64,000 bases of DNA from an uncultured bacterium. GTDB taxonomy: Bacteria; Patescibacteriota; Minisyncoccia; Phycocordibacterales; Phycocordibacteraceae. A model generated the notes under the pieces. It was given only the letters and a program-made list of their open reading frames with translations, was not told where the DNA came from and did no database searches. A program made the translations under genes and the position numbers. Shown in pieces: positions 50,790 to 61,022 of the stretch. Numbering within the stretch: position 1 is the first letter of the stretch; each line of letters opens with the position of its first letter. The DNA lies in the NCBI GenBank assembly GCA_963851445.1, contig CAWKPH010000001.1, forward strand, positions 361,363-425,362. The letters run 5' to 3'.

Positions 50790-52060
50790 AAGCCCACTTT
50801 ATAGGTATCGGTGGCATCGGCGTCTCAGCGCTTGCGCAGCTCTATCATCATGACGGCTGGACGGTCATCGGCACGAACGAGGAACCAAGTCCTGCGACAC
50901 TCGATCGGATTCGTGCGCTCGGCGTGACGATTCACATCGGCGCTGATATCAAGAACATCGATCCTGATACGAATCTCATTATTTATAGTTCGGCGTGGGA
51001 TGTACGCGAACCTGAATTCATGGGAAAAGTTCGCGAGCTCGGAATCCCGGCGCAATCCTATTTTGAGGCGCTTGGAAAAGTGTCAGAAGGGAAGCGAACT
51101 ATTGCGGTGGCGGGCACGCACGGGAAGACGACGACTACCGGAATGCTTGCGGGCATTTTACGCGATGCTGGTGTCTCGCCAACCGCAGTAGTCGGTTCCA
51201 TCGTGAAAGATTTTGACTCGAACTATCTGGCCGGTGAGTCGGATCTGTTCGTCGTCGAAGCTTGCGAATATCAACGCCACTTCCTTGAACTTTCTCCAGA
51301 GATACTCGTGGTCACCAATCTCGAGTTCGATCACACCGACTATTATCATGATCTCGCCGATGTACAGGACGCCTTTCATACATTCATGAAAAAAGTTCCG
51401 GAATATGGTGCGATCGTAACGGATATAGAGCATCCAAATATCCAATCTCTTCTAGAAGGGATCGATGCAAATATTATAGATTACAGAACAGAACCGGCGT
51501 ATGATCTTAATTTGCCTGGCGAGTTCAACCAAATGAATGCTCGTGCTGCCTCCGCAACGGCACGATTCTTAGTTTCTGAGATATCTGATTCATCCCTTCG
51601 CAAGTCACTTTCGGGGTTTCATGGTACGTGGCGTCGATTTGAGTACAAGGGTAAGACGCAAAATGGTGCCGAGCTTTATGATGACTATGCGCACCACCCG
51701 ACGGCTATTCAGGAAACACTTCGCGCGCTACGCGCGCAGGTTTCGGGGCGTATTATTGTCGCGTTCCACCCCCATCTCTATAGTCGTACACGCGATCTAC
51801 TTGATGGCTTCGCTCGCTCGTTCAGCGATGCAAATGAGGTGATCATTGCTCCTATTTTCGCGGCTCGTGAAGCTGACGACGGATCAGTTTCAAGCGAATT
51901 GCTTGCCAAACGTATTATGGAAGAGGGCACGCCTGCACGCGCAGTCGATACGCTCTACGACGTACAAAAGATACTTGAGACATGTAAGGAAGGAGATACG
52001 ATTATGACGATGGGAGCAGGCGACATATATAAAATTGCTGATGTCCTCGTAAACAAATAG
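50786..52060 (+). CDS. murC: UDP-N-acetylmuramate--L-alanine ligase
   Basis: 424 aa. HFIGIGGIGVSALA N-terminus and P-loop AVAGTHGKTTTTGML. There is a 4-nt overlap with murD. Confidence 0.9.
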   Translation: MKAHFIGIGGIGVSALAQLYHHDGWTVIGTNEEPSPATLDRIRALGVTIHIGADIKNIDPDTNLIIYSSAWDVREPEFMGKVRELGIPAQSYFEALGKVSEGKRTIAVAGTHGKTTTTGMLAGILRDAGVSPTAVVGSIVKDFDSNYLAGESDLFVVEACEYQRHFLELSPEILVVTNLEFDHTDYYHDLADVQDAFHTFMKKVPEYGAIVTDIEHPNIQSLLEGIDANIIDYRTEPAYDLNLPGEFNQMNARAASATARFLVSEISDSSLRKSLSGFHGTWRRFEYKGKTQNGAELYDDYAHHPTAIQETLRALRAQVSGRIIVAFHPHLYSRTRDLLDGFARSFSDANEVIIAPIFAAREADDGSVSSELLAKRIMEEGTPARAVDTLYDVQKILETCKEGDTIMTMGAGDIYKIADVLVNK

Positions 52061-52110
52061 GAAAATAAAAAACCGAATCCCTGTAAAAGAGAATCGGTCT
52101 TGGATCGGTG

Positions 52111-52968
52111 TTAATGCCGACGACAGATCAGAGCTATATTTCGAGCATCACCCGCGAATTCAGGATGCAAGCTCCGGGTGGACGCGAATTGACTTGCCGC
52201 CGGCGGAGAGCACTTGCTCGTACAATGGGCCAGCCTAAGACTTAGAGCCTGCGCCCTTATGAGAGCCGGAATACTTAGTTTTCCGTCTCCCTCTGTCATG
52301 ATGCCCTCGCCCCATCGTGCCCGGATGTCCTCGAACATGAGCCGGTTTTGGTCGCCCCACTCGGGGTGGTCGAACGGATGAGTAAAGTCCGCGGCCCGTA
52401 TTGAGAACAGGGTGATGACTCTGAGATTGCCTGGACTTATCCCTAGTATTTCTGTGAATCTATAGGCAATCGCATGGAGCACACCTTCGAACTCCCGTGG
52501 GCTTTCACCACGTAAGCGTCCTCTGTCGATAAGCGAATCGCGGCCCGCATGAGCTACGATCGCACACCCTTGGGCCGTAACGGCGATTGCGGGACATCCA
52601 GCGTTGCTCATTACGAATGCGGCTCGTGGCGGCAACGATGTTCCGTCGGCAGGCAGTCCCTTATTTCGATACAGCACTACGCCCTTCGGAAGAGAGATTG
52701 CCGTCGTAAGATCAGTATACTTAACAATCCTAGCATTCATACTTGCGACGGAAGGCGCATAGAGTGTTCTGACATCGCACCGAAGTGCCATTTGCGAAAG
52801 TCGCTCGGCTAAGTCTGGGTGCTTAGTAACGTCCTCCTGACAATAGAGCTTTCGAAGCGATAAATCTTCGCCCCGCCTCGGAGGGAAATGATATCCCTCG
52901 TAGAGGACATCACCCTCCTCATGGTGTTTGTAGTAAAACGGCTCTGGACACCTAGCCCCCTCTGTCAC
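52111..52968 (-). CDS. hypothetical protein, possibly YfiH/PgeF (DUF152, Cu-oxidase_4) family
   Basis: 285 aa. The segment ADG..(11)..AFVMSNAGCPAIAVTAQGCAIVAHAGRDSL resembles the PgeF core ADa...lav.TADClPvl....vaavHAGWRGl. The flanking regions are divergent, so the call is tentative. Confidence 0.35.
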   Translation of the reverse strand: MTEGARCPEPFYYKHHEEGDVLYEGYHFPPRRGEDLSLRKLYCQEDVTKHPDLAERLSQMALRCDVRTLYAPSVASMNARIVKYTDLTTAISLPKGVVLYRNKGLPADGTSLPPRAAFVMSNAGCPAIAVTAQGCAIVAHAGRDSLIDRGRLRGESPREFEGVLHAIAYRFTEILGISPGNLRVITLFSIRAADFTHPFDHPEWGDQNRLMFEDIRARWGEGIMTEGDGKLSIPALIRAQALSLRLAHCTSKCSPPAASQFASTRSLHPEFAGDARNIALICRRH

Positions 52969-53096
52969 TGATATTTCCTCCCACTTGGAACTGATCCAAT
53001 AACGACTCTACGCCTATTTTCGATTTAGTCAATTGAGTCATGACAGCAAATCTCCTGAATCTCGCTTTTTCATACAAGAAACGATAGGGTTAGGAT

Positions 53097-53777
53097 ATGG
53101 GAACACTTTCCGTTGTAGGAACCCCAATAGGGAACCTTGGCGATATCACAATACGCGCTCTTCAAACCTTGAAGGATGCGGATGCAATCGCGTGCGAGGA
53201 TACGCGCGTATCTTCGAAACTGCTGGCGCGCTACGATATCAAGAAACCCCTTCTTATTTTTCATGCCCAAAGTGGCTCGCACGCAGCAGAGCGCATCTTA
53301 GGCCTTCTTGGAGAAGGGAAGCATGTAGCACTTATTACTGACGCTGGGACGCCGGGTATTTCGGATCCCGGAAGCGAGCTCGTGTCGATGGCGCGGGAAC
53401 GACTCGGCGGTGATGTACGTATCGAAACAATCCCTGGTCCCGCTGCACTTACTGCAGCTCTTTCGATCGCTGGAGTCTCAGGCAATGATTTTGTATTTCT
53501 CGGATTTTTACCGCATAAAAAAGGTCGTCAAACACTTTTTCGTGAGATCGCTGATATGACACGAACGGTAATATTTTATGAATCACCGCATCGCATTGAG
53601 AAAACACTGGCGTCGCTTGCGCAAACTCTCTTACCAGAACGCAAGGTTCTCGTGCTACGCGAACTCACTAAGATACACGAATCTTTTGTTGAAGGAACGC
53701 CAGAAGAGGTTGCAGAGTACTTTGCCAAACATAAGGCAGCCGTACGGGGCGAATTCGTTGTCATTATTACCCGATAA
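53097..53777 (+). CDS. rsmI: 16S rRNA (cytidine1402-2'-O)-methyltransferase
   Basis: 226 aa. Tetrapyrrole-methylase fold N-terminus GTLSVVGTPIGNLGDITIRALQTLKDADAIACEDTR. Confidence 0.85.
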   Translation: MGTLSVVGTPIGNLGDITIRALQTLKDADAIACEDTRVSSKLLARYDIKKPLLIFHAQSGSHAAERILGLLGEGKHVALITDAGTPGISDPGSELVSMARERLGGDVRIETIPGPAALTAALSIAGVSGNDFVFLGFLPHKKGRQTLFREIADMTRTVIFYESPHRIEKTLASLAQTLLPERKVLVLRELTKIHESFVEGTPEEVAEYFAKHKAAVRGEFVVIITR

Positions 53778-53801
53778 AACTCCTTGTGATACTATGCCCC
53801 T

Positions 53802-53990
53802 ATGACACGCGGAACCTCCTTAATCATACTCGCCTTATTGATTATAATTGCTCCTTTTTCAGGACTACCAAATTCTTGGCTTATGGTGATCCTTCCTGTT
53901 ATCGGCTTGATTGTGTTAATTATTGGTACCACTCTTCGTCATCATAATCCGCGTACTCGCAGTGCAAATTCTCACGGAGATGCCATATAA
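53802..53990 (+). CDS. hypothetical small two-TM membrane protein
   Basis: 62-aa ORF with two hydrophobic helices. It directly precedes the T4CP-like ATPase on the same strand. Confidence 0.3.
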   Translation: MTRGTSLIILALLIIIAPFSGLPNSWLMVILPVIGLIVLIIGTTLRHHNPRTRSANSHGDAI

Positions 53991-54074
53991 ATAGGCTTTC
54001 TTTCAATTTTCTCAGAAGACAGGAATTTTCTTATTCATACTGAAGATTCATGTCGCGTTGTATACTTATGCGGT

Positions 54075-55859
54075 ATGGAGAATCCTGAACGAGTAACCTA
54101 TTTTGCCGCCACCGATTCACGCGGTAAACGCATACCTTTTGGTATAAAGGAAAAGGATCGCTCAAAGCATATGTATGTGATTGGGAAGACGGGCATGGGC
54201 AAATCAACCATGCTCGAAAATATGGCCATCCAGGACATCCGGAATGGAGAGGGACTGGCATTTATCGACCCACACGGTGGTACGGCTGACAAACTCCTCG
54301 AGTTTGTGCCGAAGGAACGCATCAACGATGTGGTCTACTTTGCGCCATTTGATATGCAGCGCCCCATTGCCTTCAATGTTATGGAGGATGTCGGTTATGA
54401 CAAGCGTCACCTGGTTGTATCGGGTCTCATGGCGACGTTCAAAAAAATCTGGGTCGATGCCTGGAGCGCACGTATGGAATACATTCTTTCGAATACACTC
54501 CTTGCACTCCTTGAATATCCAGATGCGACACTCCTCAGTGTTAATCGTATGTACACGGATAAAGCTTTTAGGAAGAAAGTCGTTGACAATGTGAAGGACC
54601 CGGTCGTTAAGGATTTCTGGGTGAAGGAATTCGCGAATTATGGCGACCGATACACGCAGGAGGCGACACCGGCTATCCAAAATAAGATCGGCCAATTCAC
54701 AAGTAATCCACTTATTCGTAATATAATCGGTCAGCCTAAATCATCGTTCGATATCCGTGACCTCATGGATCGCAAAAAGATTCTTATCATCAATCTTTCG
54801 AAAGGGCAGGTGGGGGAGACGAACATGAGGCTCCTTGGGTCAATGATCACCACGCGTATATTCCTTGGCGCAATGAGCCGCGCAGATTTGCATCATACAG
54901 CAATTGATAAGCTTCCAAATTTTTATTTCTTCGTGGACGAGTTCCAGAATTTCGCGAATGATACGTTTTCAGAGATTCTTTCGGAATCTCGTAAATACAA
55001 ACTCAATCTTGTAATTGCCCATCAGTACATTGAGCAGATGGAAGAGCAAGTCCGGGCCGCAGTCTTTGGTAACGTCGGTACAACAGTGGCGTTTCGTGTC
55101 GGTCCATTCGATGCCGAGACACTCGAAGTTATATTTTCTCCAGAATTCATGAAGGAAGATTTAGTAAATCTATCATTTGCGCAGATTTATCTCACTCTCA
55201 TGATTGATGGAGTGGGATCAAGACCTTTCTCTGCAATAACTATTCCACCGATCGAACCCCCGCCGCATACCTATAAAGAGGAAGTTATCGAAGCATCCCG
55301 ACGACAATTCGGCGCACCTCGCGAACAAATCGAAGCTGCCCTTATGCATGAACTAGTCGACGCTGTTCAAACCGATCCAAATGAAATTGCTGAAAAACGT
55401 TCAGCACCAAAACGTTCGCCAGCACAAAGACTGTCTTCAGAGTCTGCCAGAAAGACAGAAACGCGTGAACCCTATAGAGGTAGGCAAACTGAAGGAGCAT
55501 CAAATGAATCACGTGGAGGAAATGATCGACAGAGCCGCTCATCACATGATAACCAAGAAGCGCGCTCGGAGCGGCCAAATCGATCAGAGCCGAAGGTGAA
55601 AACCGCAGATGACTTAAAGGCTATTTTACGGACAATGACTGCAGGGAATCATACAAGTTCCTCAGACAAGGTCGATTCGAAGTCAGCAGACTCACTTAAA
55701 AGTACGCTTGCTGGGATCATGCAACCACAATCACCAGCGAAGTCAACTACACAGGCACAGAAAACACGACCCGAGCCTGTACATACGGAGGTGTCTTCAA
55801 GCAGCGAACCCTTCGAAGTCCCAGAGGAGAAATTGAAAGCGATATTCCGTGAACAATGA
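54075..55859 (+). CDS. TraG/TraD/VirD4-family (type IV coupling protein-like) P-loop ATPase, soluble, with disordered C-terminal tail
   Basis: 594 aa. Walker A VIGKTGMGKST followed by IDPHGG. Walker B FYFFVDEFQNF. Conserved R...Q...Q segment ESRKYKLNLVIAHQYIEQM...TTVAFRVG, typical of T4CP/TrwB-like ATPases. No TM helices. The last 170 aa or so are Ser/Arg/Glu/Lys-rich low complexity. Confidence 0.55.
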   Translation: MENPERVTYFAATDSRGKRIPFGIKEKDRSKHMYVIGKTGMGKSTMLENMAIQDIRNGEGLAFIDPHGGTADKLLEFVPKERINDVVYFAPFDMQRPIAFNVMEDVGYDKRHLVVSGLMATFKKIWVDAWSARMEYILSNTLLALLEYPDATLLSVNRMYTDKAFRKKVVDNVKDPVVKDFWVKEFANYGDRYTQEATPAIQNKIGQFTSNPLIRNIIGQPKSSFDIRDLMDRKKILIINLSKGQVGETNMRLLGSMITTRIFLGAMSRADLHHTAIDKLPNFYFFVDEFQNFANDTFSEILSESRKYKLNLVIAHQYIEQMEEQVRAAVFGNVGTTVAFRVGPFDAETLEVIFSPEFMKEDLVNLSFAQIYLTLMIDGVGSRPFSAITIPPIEPPPHTYKEEVIEASRRQFGAPREQIEAALMHELVDAVQTDPNEIAEKRSAPKRSPAQRLSSESARKTETREPYRGRQTEGASNESRGGNDRQSRSSHDNQEARSERPNRSEPKVKTADDLKAILRTMTAGNHTSSSDKVDSKSADSLKSTLAGIMQPQSPAKSTTQAQKTRPEPVHTEVSSSSEPFEVPEEKLKAIFREQ

Positions 55860-55975
55860 TGTAACGTTCTCTCATCAACAGTAGTTCTACTAGTCGAACC
55901 GCGAATTTGAATTATAGGTCGCGCGATCAAGAGTAACTTCGAAAAAATATGCAAAGAATACAGAGGGCTCCGTAG

Positions 55976-56019
55976 CCCCAGACGATTCGGCAAAAGTCGG
56001 AACGTCTGGGGCGTTTTCG
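55976..56019 (+). terminator. rho-independent terminator after the ATPase gene
   Basis: ccccagacg ... cgtctgggg-cgttttcg. Confidence 0.5.
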
Positions 56020-56133
56020 TATTGGCTATGCTTAATCTCTCATTGCTTTCCAGCATACTTTATCGTTATTGAAATCAATCTGTCGCATTCTTTTCAGATT
56101 TTCGCTTCTTGTGATACAACGGTACAATCAGAT

Positions 56134-57018
56134 ATGACCAAAGACAGCCCCAGGGTGATTCTTGTGACGGGTGGTGCAGGTTTTGTTGGTTCGCACCTCT
56201 GCGAACGGCTTGTGCATGATGGCTATAGGGTTATTTCTCTCGACAATTATTTTACAGGCCTACGTGAGAATCATGTAGAAGGAGTTGACTATCGTGAAGG
56301 GCATACAAAAGATATCGAGAAACTTGTTCCCGAAACACCCGATATTATCTATCATCTTGGCGAGTACGGGCGAGTTGCGAAGAGCCTTGAAGAGCCTGAG
56401 AAAGTTTGGGATTTAAATATTGCAGGCACTCTTGGCGTAGTTGAGTTTTGGCGTAAGCGGGGCAGCAAACTCATATATGCAGGATCTTCGACTAAATTCA
56501 ACGGTCCACGCGCTGATGGTGTTACAGGACGTGACCTGTCTCCGTATACATGGGCAAAAGCAGTAAACACTGAACTTGTCGTGAATTACGGTCGATGGTA
56601 CGACCTGTCATACGCAATTGTCTATTTTTACAATGTATACGGTCCTCGTGAACGTGCAGGTGTTGATAATTACGGCACCGTTGTTGGGACATTTAGACAA
56701 CAATTCCTTGCACGCACCCCCTTTACAGTTCGCGAACCTGGTACTCAAACACGGGCTTTCACGCATGTAGTGGACACTGTTGAAGGCATCGTCCTTGCAG
56801 GAGAAAAGGGAGAAGGGGACGAATATGGCATATGCGCGGACGACACCTACTCATTACTCGATGTCGCGCATATGTTTGGTGATGAAATTTCGATGCTTCC
56901 ACAAACGGCCACAACCCGTTCGGGAGATTCAGTGAATTCAACTAAAATAAAAGCACTTGGTTGGAAGCAAGAGCATACTCTCAAAAACTACATAGAGTCG
57001 ATAAAGAAAGGCACATGA
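56134..57018 (+). CDS. NAD-dependent epimerase/dehydratase (short-chain, UDP-sugar epimerase-like)
   Basis: 294 aa. N-terminal TGGAGFVGSHL Rossmann and YxxxK-type catalytic region. Confidence 0.8.
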   Translation: MTKDSPRVILVTGGAGFVGSHLCERLVHDGYRVISLDNYFTGLRENHVEGVDYREGHTKDIEKLVPETPDIIYHLGEYGRVAKSLEEPEKVWDLNIAGTLGVVEFWRKRGSKLIYAGSSTKFNGPRADGVTGRDLSPYTWAKAVNTELVVNYGRWYDLSYAIVYFYNVYGPRERAGVDNYGTVVGTFRQQFLARTPFTVREPGTQTRAFTHVVDTVEGIVLAGEKGEGDEYGICADDTYSLLDVAHMFGDEISMLPQTATTRSGDSVNSTKIKALGWKQEHTLKNYIESIKKGT

Positions 57019-58187
57019 AAAAGGTACTCATCTTTTCTTTGGCATATTATCCAAGTTTCGTCTCGGGGGCGGAAGCTGCGATAAAAGAAATTACTGATCG
57101 CATCGAACCGAGTGATATCGAGTTTCATATGATTACACTCCTCTTTAACCCTTCTGCGCCGCGCGAAGAAATCATCGGTCATGTTCATGTACATCGTGTA
57201 GGATTTGGGGGAGCCTATCTTTCAAAGGTTCTATATATTCCGCTTGCGGCACTCAAAGCACGGGTACTTAATAGAGAGCTACATTTCGATGCGCTCTGGT
57301 CGATGATGACCTATATGCTTTTTCCGGTCGTATTACTGCGTCTTTTTAATATTCGTATACCGCACATTCTCACGCTTCAGGATGGCGATCCTTATGAGAA
57401 AGTATTTGAGCGAGGTTTCATCCGTCCCCTTACACCACTACTTGATTATGGTTTTAGGACGACTGCACTTGTACAAGTTATTTCAAACTATCTCGCAAGT
57501 TGGCCACCACGACGGGGATACAGGGGGGTAATTGAGATCATCCATAATGGCGCAAATCCGAAAGATTTGCATGAGGCAGTATCTCTAAAAGAAATAGAAG
57601 CTCTGAAGCAAAAACTCGGGAAGAAAGACGACGATGTGTGGCTTGTAAATACGGCACGCCTTGTGCATCAAAAGGGGACTGATGAGACTATTCGCGCATT
57701 ATCGTCACTTCCGGCGAATGTGAAGTTTCTGATTGTTGGCAGCGGTCCCGATGAGGAGATGCTCAAGAAGCTTGTTAAGGAGCTTAATCTTGAGGATCGG
57801 GTTATATTTGTCGGTCCTGTGGATCGCTCTGAAGTTACGAAATACCGCAGGGCTTCCGATATCTTTGTCGCACCATCGCGCTCTGAGGGACTAGGAAATG
57901 CGTTTTTATCGGCAATGGCGTCACGTCTACCGGTAGTAACAACGCAGGAGGGAGGGTTAGCAGAATTTGTCTTTGATAAGAAACATAATCCTGAAAAGTC
58001 TGCGACAGCTTGGGTCGTCGATAAAAACAATCCGCAGCAGATAGCGGAAGCGGTAACAGATATTTTAAAGCATCCTGAAAAAGCAAGAGAAGTTACTGAA
58101 CACGCGCATGCAATGGTCCTCGATAAATATGATTGGGATATCGTCTCAAAACAGATGTGCAAACGTGTGTTTGATAAGGTATTTTAA
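57015..58187 (+). CDS. glycosyltransferase family 4
   Basis: The start is taken at MKKVLIF, which overlaps the epimerase stop (ATGA). C-terminal SRSEGLGNAFLSAMASRLPVVTTQEGGLAEFV. Confidence 0.8.
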   Translation: MKKVLIFSLAYYPSFVSGAEAAIKEITDRIEPSDIEFHMITLLFNPSAPREEIIGHVHVHRVGFGGAYLSKVLYIPLAALKARVLNRELHFDALWSMMTYMLFPVVLLRLFNIRIPHILTLQDGDPYEKVFERGFIRPLTPLLDYGFRTTALVQVISNYLASWPPRRGYRGVIEIIHNGANPKDLHEAVSLKEIEALKQKLGKKDDDVWLVNTARLVHQKGTDETIRALSSLPANVKFLIVGSGPDEEMLKKLVKELNLEDRVIFVGPVDRSEVTKYRRASDIFVAPSRSEGLGNAFLSAMASRLPVVTTQEGGLAEFVFDKKHNPEKSATAWVVDKNNPQQIAEAVTDILKHPEKAREVTEHAHAMVLDKYDWDIVSKQMCKRVFDKVF

Positions 58188-58198
58188 AAGACAGTCTC

Positions 58199-59302
58199 TT
58201 AGTGTAGACCTTGCTGGCGCTGCTTCTCATCACTGCTTCGAAGTAGATCGCGCGCGCGCTGATAATCCTCGATCTCCTTTTGATCTATGGATTTGTCAAT
58301 CAGCACGGCTTCAAGCACCTTTGACCAAAAAGCGACGCGGTTGGTGTTAAGCTCGAGGAGGTTTCCCGAACTCTTATCAAGCGTACTCGTGTAATACCAA
58401 ATTATCTCGCCAAGGCGATAAACACGCATGAGCTTGAGAGAAAGAACTTCTTCGGGTGTCCGGTTGTCGTGTACATAGCGTGTAAGTGCTTCTTCAAGAG
58501 GTCGATTATAGAGCGTCATGAAATTCAAGAAGCGTGCCCACCCTTCATATTTGTTGCCAAAACGAAGTGAAGAATAATCAAGGAGATAGATATCACTTTC
58601 AACAACTCGAAAATTGTGCGGAACGAAATCGGTATGCGTGAGGAAATTGCCGTACTGATCGATGGTCTCTTGATTAATTTCAAGGAATTTTTGTGCACGA
58701 TCAAGTAGGGAAGTGAGTTCCAGATCGTCCGCTAAGCGCCGCTTAATTTTCTGTATAAATCCGGCAAACGCGTAACCGTAGGCTCTCGCATTCATGCTGC
58801 CGAATGTTTTTTTAATAAGACGTACATGTTCATAAGTCGTAGCATGTGCACTCTCTTGGGCTTTGAAAGATTTAAGTGCGAGCGAAAACTGCTCCTCGAG
58901 TGGCCGTTCGAGAAAAGCGCTCTTCTGCTCTATAAACGCCTGAATTGATATCACATGTCGACCTTTCTTTACGAACAATATCTCTTCTGGAGAAAGAAAT
59001 ATCTGATAGGCAAATTTGATTTCTTGTAACACTCGACGACAGTTCCGTTCATGTTCGAGCTCTCGAATACCAGCAGGATCGCTCGTTGTTTTGATAACAA
59101 CGCGCTTGTGGTCGCTCTTTCTACTGCCGAGCAAAATCAGTTTCTTTCCGCTTGTTGTCGTGACTGCCTGCATGAGATATCGTTCGCCCCAAATGTGAGG
59201 CTGCAGGGAATCGAGGACGTATCCAAGACTATCTAAAAGGGGTACAACAATTTCCAATTCGTTTTTGCAATAATCCTCCCAGATTTGTTTTGCATCAGAC
59301 AT
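58199..59302 (-). CDS. phosphotransferase-family kinase (APH / choline-kinase-like fold)
   Basis: The Brenner-type catalytic motif HTDFVPHNFRV (HxDxxxxN), followed by LDYSSLRFGNKYEGWARFL (a DFG/IDWE-like metal-binding region). The start is chosen at the internal Met (MSDAKQ), which gives an 8-nt overlap with the upstream gene. Confidence 0.55.
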   Translation of the reverse strand: MSDAKQIWEDYCKNELEIVVPLLDSLGYVLDSLQPHIWGERYLMQAVTTTSGKKLILLGSRKSDHKRVVIKTTSDPAGIRELEHERNCRRVLQEIKFAYQIFLSPEEILFVKKGRHVISIQAFIEQKSAFLERPLEEQFSLALKSFKAQESAHATTYEHVRLIKKTFGSMNARAYGYAFAGFIQKIKRRLADDLELTSLLDRAQKFLEINQETIDQYGNFLTHTDFVPHNFRVVESDIYLLDYSSLRFGNKYEGWARFLNFMTLYNRPLEEALTRYVHDNRTPEEVLSLKLMRVYRLGEIIWYYTSTLDKSSGNLLELNTNRVAFWSKVLEAVLIDKSIDQKEIEDYQRARDLLRSSDEKQRQQGLH

Positions 59303-59870
59303 GGGCAAAGGTATCTTTAAGCGTCCGGATATGCGTATCCCAAGATGCTTCATATGCCTCTAGCTCATGGGGCGGAGTTGTTTTGAACGGAAGAACCTCA
59401 GGTTTTGTAAGAGGCATATCGGTAATGATTGTGTGTGCTCGTGAGGTTGCTAAGTGTTCTATAGCCCTGTAAAAAGTGCTTTGACGCGCATGCTCATGTG
59501 CTCTTTGGTCACTCATATGAACAACCAATGGCTCCATCGTAAGATACGACGCGATCACCGTAGGCAATTCTACCGATGCACCATTTTGCATATAGATTAC
59601 GTCGGCCTCCCGTACTGCTTTCAAAAGTGTGAAAGTGTACATAAGAAGTCGTACGAGAAGTGGCTGGTTTTTATTTACAGTGATAATATCCACGCCGTCT
59701 ATTTTTTCCGGTAGAGAGCCGTACGTTACTATCACAAGCTTGGTCTGGGATTGACCCCCCGTTTTTGAGGATTCTGGCTCCTTACTCAAACGTCTTGCGA
59801 GCTCCTTTACGTAGGGCGCTGGTTCGGCAATATCGGGTGGATATAGCGGTGTCGCCACAACAACTTTCAT
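59295..59870 (-). CDS. truncated glycosyltransferase (GT4 N-terminal domain only), a paralog of the adjacent divergent GT
   Basis: 191 aa. The N-terminal MKVVVATPLYPPD... region parallels MKLVLATPLYPPD... of the gene at 59934 through the first 150 aa or so. It lacks the catalytic C-terminal domain. Confidence 0.45.
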   Translation of the reverse strand: MKVVVATPLYPPDIAEPAPYVKELARRLSKEPESSKTGGQSQTKLVIVTYGSLPEKIDGVDIITVNKNQPLLVRLLMYTFTLLKAVREADVIYMQNGASVELPTVIASYLTMEPLVVHMSDQRAHEHARQSTFYRAIEHLATSRAHTIITDMPLTKPEVLPFKTTPPHELEAYEASWDTHIRTLKDTFAHV

Positions 59871-59933
59871 GTAGCAAATGTAGCATAACCAAGCGTAGTT
59901 GGAGCTCCTCCAGACAACCGCTAGAATGGGCGT

Positions 59934-61022
59934 ATGAAGCTCGTGTTAGCTACCCCTCTCTACCCGCCCGACACTGGTGGTCCAGCGACAGATGCCGCCT
60001 TACTTTATAGAGAACTACCAACGCATGATATCGCTGTAACAGTGTGCTCATTTGGGACAGTGCGGCGTTTACCACGCGGTATTCGTCATTTCTGGTATGC
60101 ATGCAAACTTCTCAAATGTGTAAAGGATGCAGACGGCATTGTTGCGTTCGATACTTTTTCAGTCTGCCTACCTGCCGCCCTTGTTTGTCGATTGGTCGGT
60201 AAGCCACTCATCGTACGTGTACCGGGTGATTTTGTATGGGAGCAGGCAACACAGCGTTTTGAGGTACGTGACTCTATCGAAGAGTTTCAGAAGAAGCGTT
60301 ATGGATTTAAGGTAGAGGCGTTGCGAATGCTGCAGAAATTCGCAACCCAAAGCGCTACACTGTTGGTCGTGCCTAGTGATTTTCTTCGGGGTATCGTGGA
60401 AGAATGGGGAATAGCATCCAGTCGTCTCGTACGCATTTATCTTGGCATTGATCTTAACGAGGAGCCTATCATGCCTGTCAAAGTACCTGAAGGAAAAATT
60501 CTTTTCTCTGTGGGGCGATTTGTCCCTTGGAAAGGTTTCTCTATGCTTATTGAGCTCTTACCACAATTGCCGGCCCAGTGGCATCTGGTTATTGCTGGCG
60601 ATGGCCCACTACGGGCAGGGCTCGGTAGGGAGGCCAGCCGGCTTGGTATGGAGAGTCGCATAACATTTACTGACCAACTGCCGCACGCCGAAGTACTCGG
60701 CTGGTACCGTCAGGCAGATGCGTTTGTACTGAATACTGCATTCGAAAGTTTCTCTTTTCAAATAGTGGAAGCAATGGCAAGCGGCACGCCAGTTATAACA
60801 ACGAGTATCGGCAATATTCCTGAACTTATAACGAACGATGTCGAGGGAACATTATGTGTGCCAGGCGATAGTGAAGCTTTTAAGAAAGCGATTCTAAGTG
60901 TAGAAAACGAACCGCAGGTATGGAAAAGCCGAACCGATGCCGCCAAGCGAAAAGCTCAAGAATTTAGCGTAACGGAATCGGTAAAAGCATTTGCAGACGT
61001 AGTTAAAAAAATATGCGATTGA
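59934..61022 (+). CDS. glycosyltransferase family 4
   Basis: 362 aa. C-terminal TAFESFSFQIVEAMASGTPVITTSIGNIPELI. Confidence 0.75.
   Translation: MKLVLATPLYPPDTGGPATDAALLYRELPTHDIAVTVCSFGTVRRLPRGIRHFWYACKLLKCVKDADGIVAFDTFSVCLPAALVCRLVGKPLIVRVPGDFVWEQATQRFEVRDSIEEFQKKRYGFKVEALRMLQKFATQSATLLVVPSDFLRGIVEEWGIASSRLVRIYLGIDLNEEPIMPVKVPEGKILFSVGRFVPWKGFSMLIELLPQLPAQWHLVIAGDGPLRAGLGREASRLGMESRITFTDQLPHAEVLGWYRQADAFVLNTAFESFSFQIVEAMASGTPVITTSIGNIPELITNDVEGTLCVPGDSEAFKKAILSVENEPQVWKSRTDAAKRKAQEFSVTESVKAFADVVKKICD

Noticed and set aside
52111-52968. Possible horizontally acquired GC-rich island around the PgeF-like gene
   Set aside because: GC looks only marginally higher than neighbouring mur genes on eyeball inspection. 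No flanking repeats or mobility genes.
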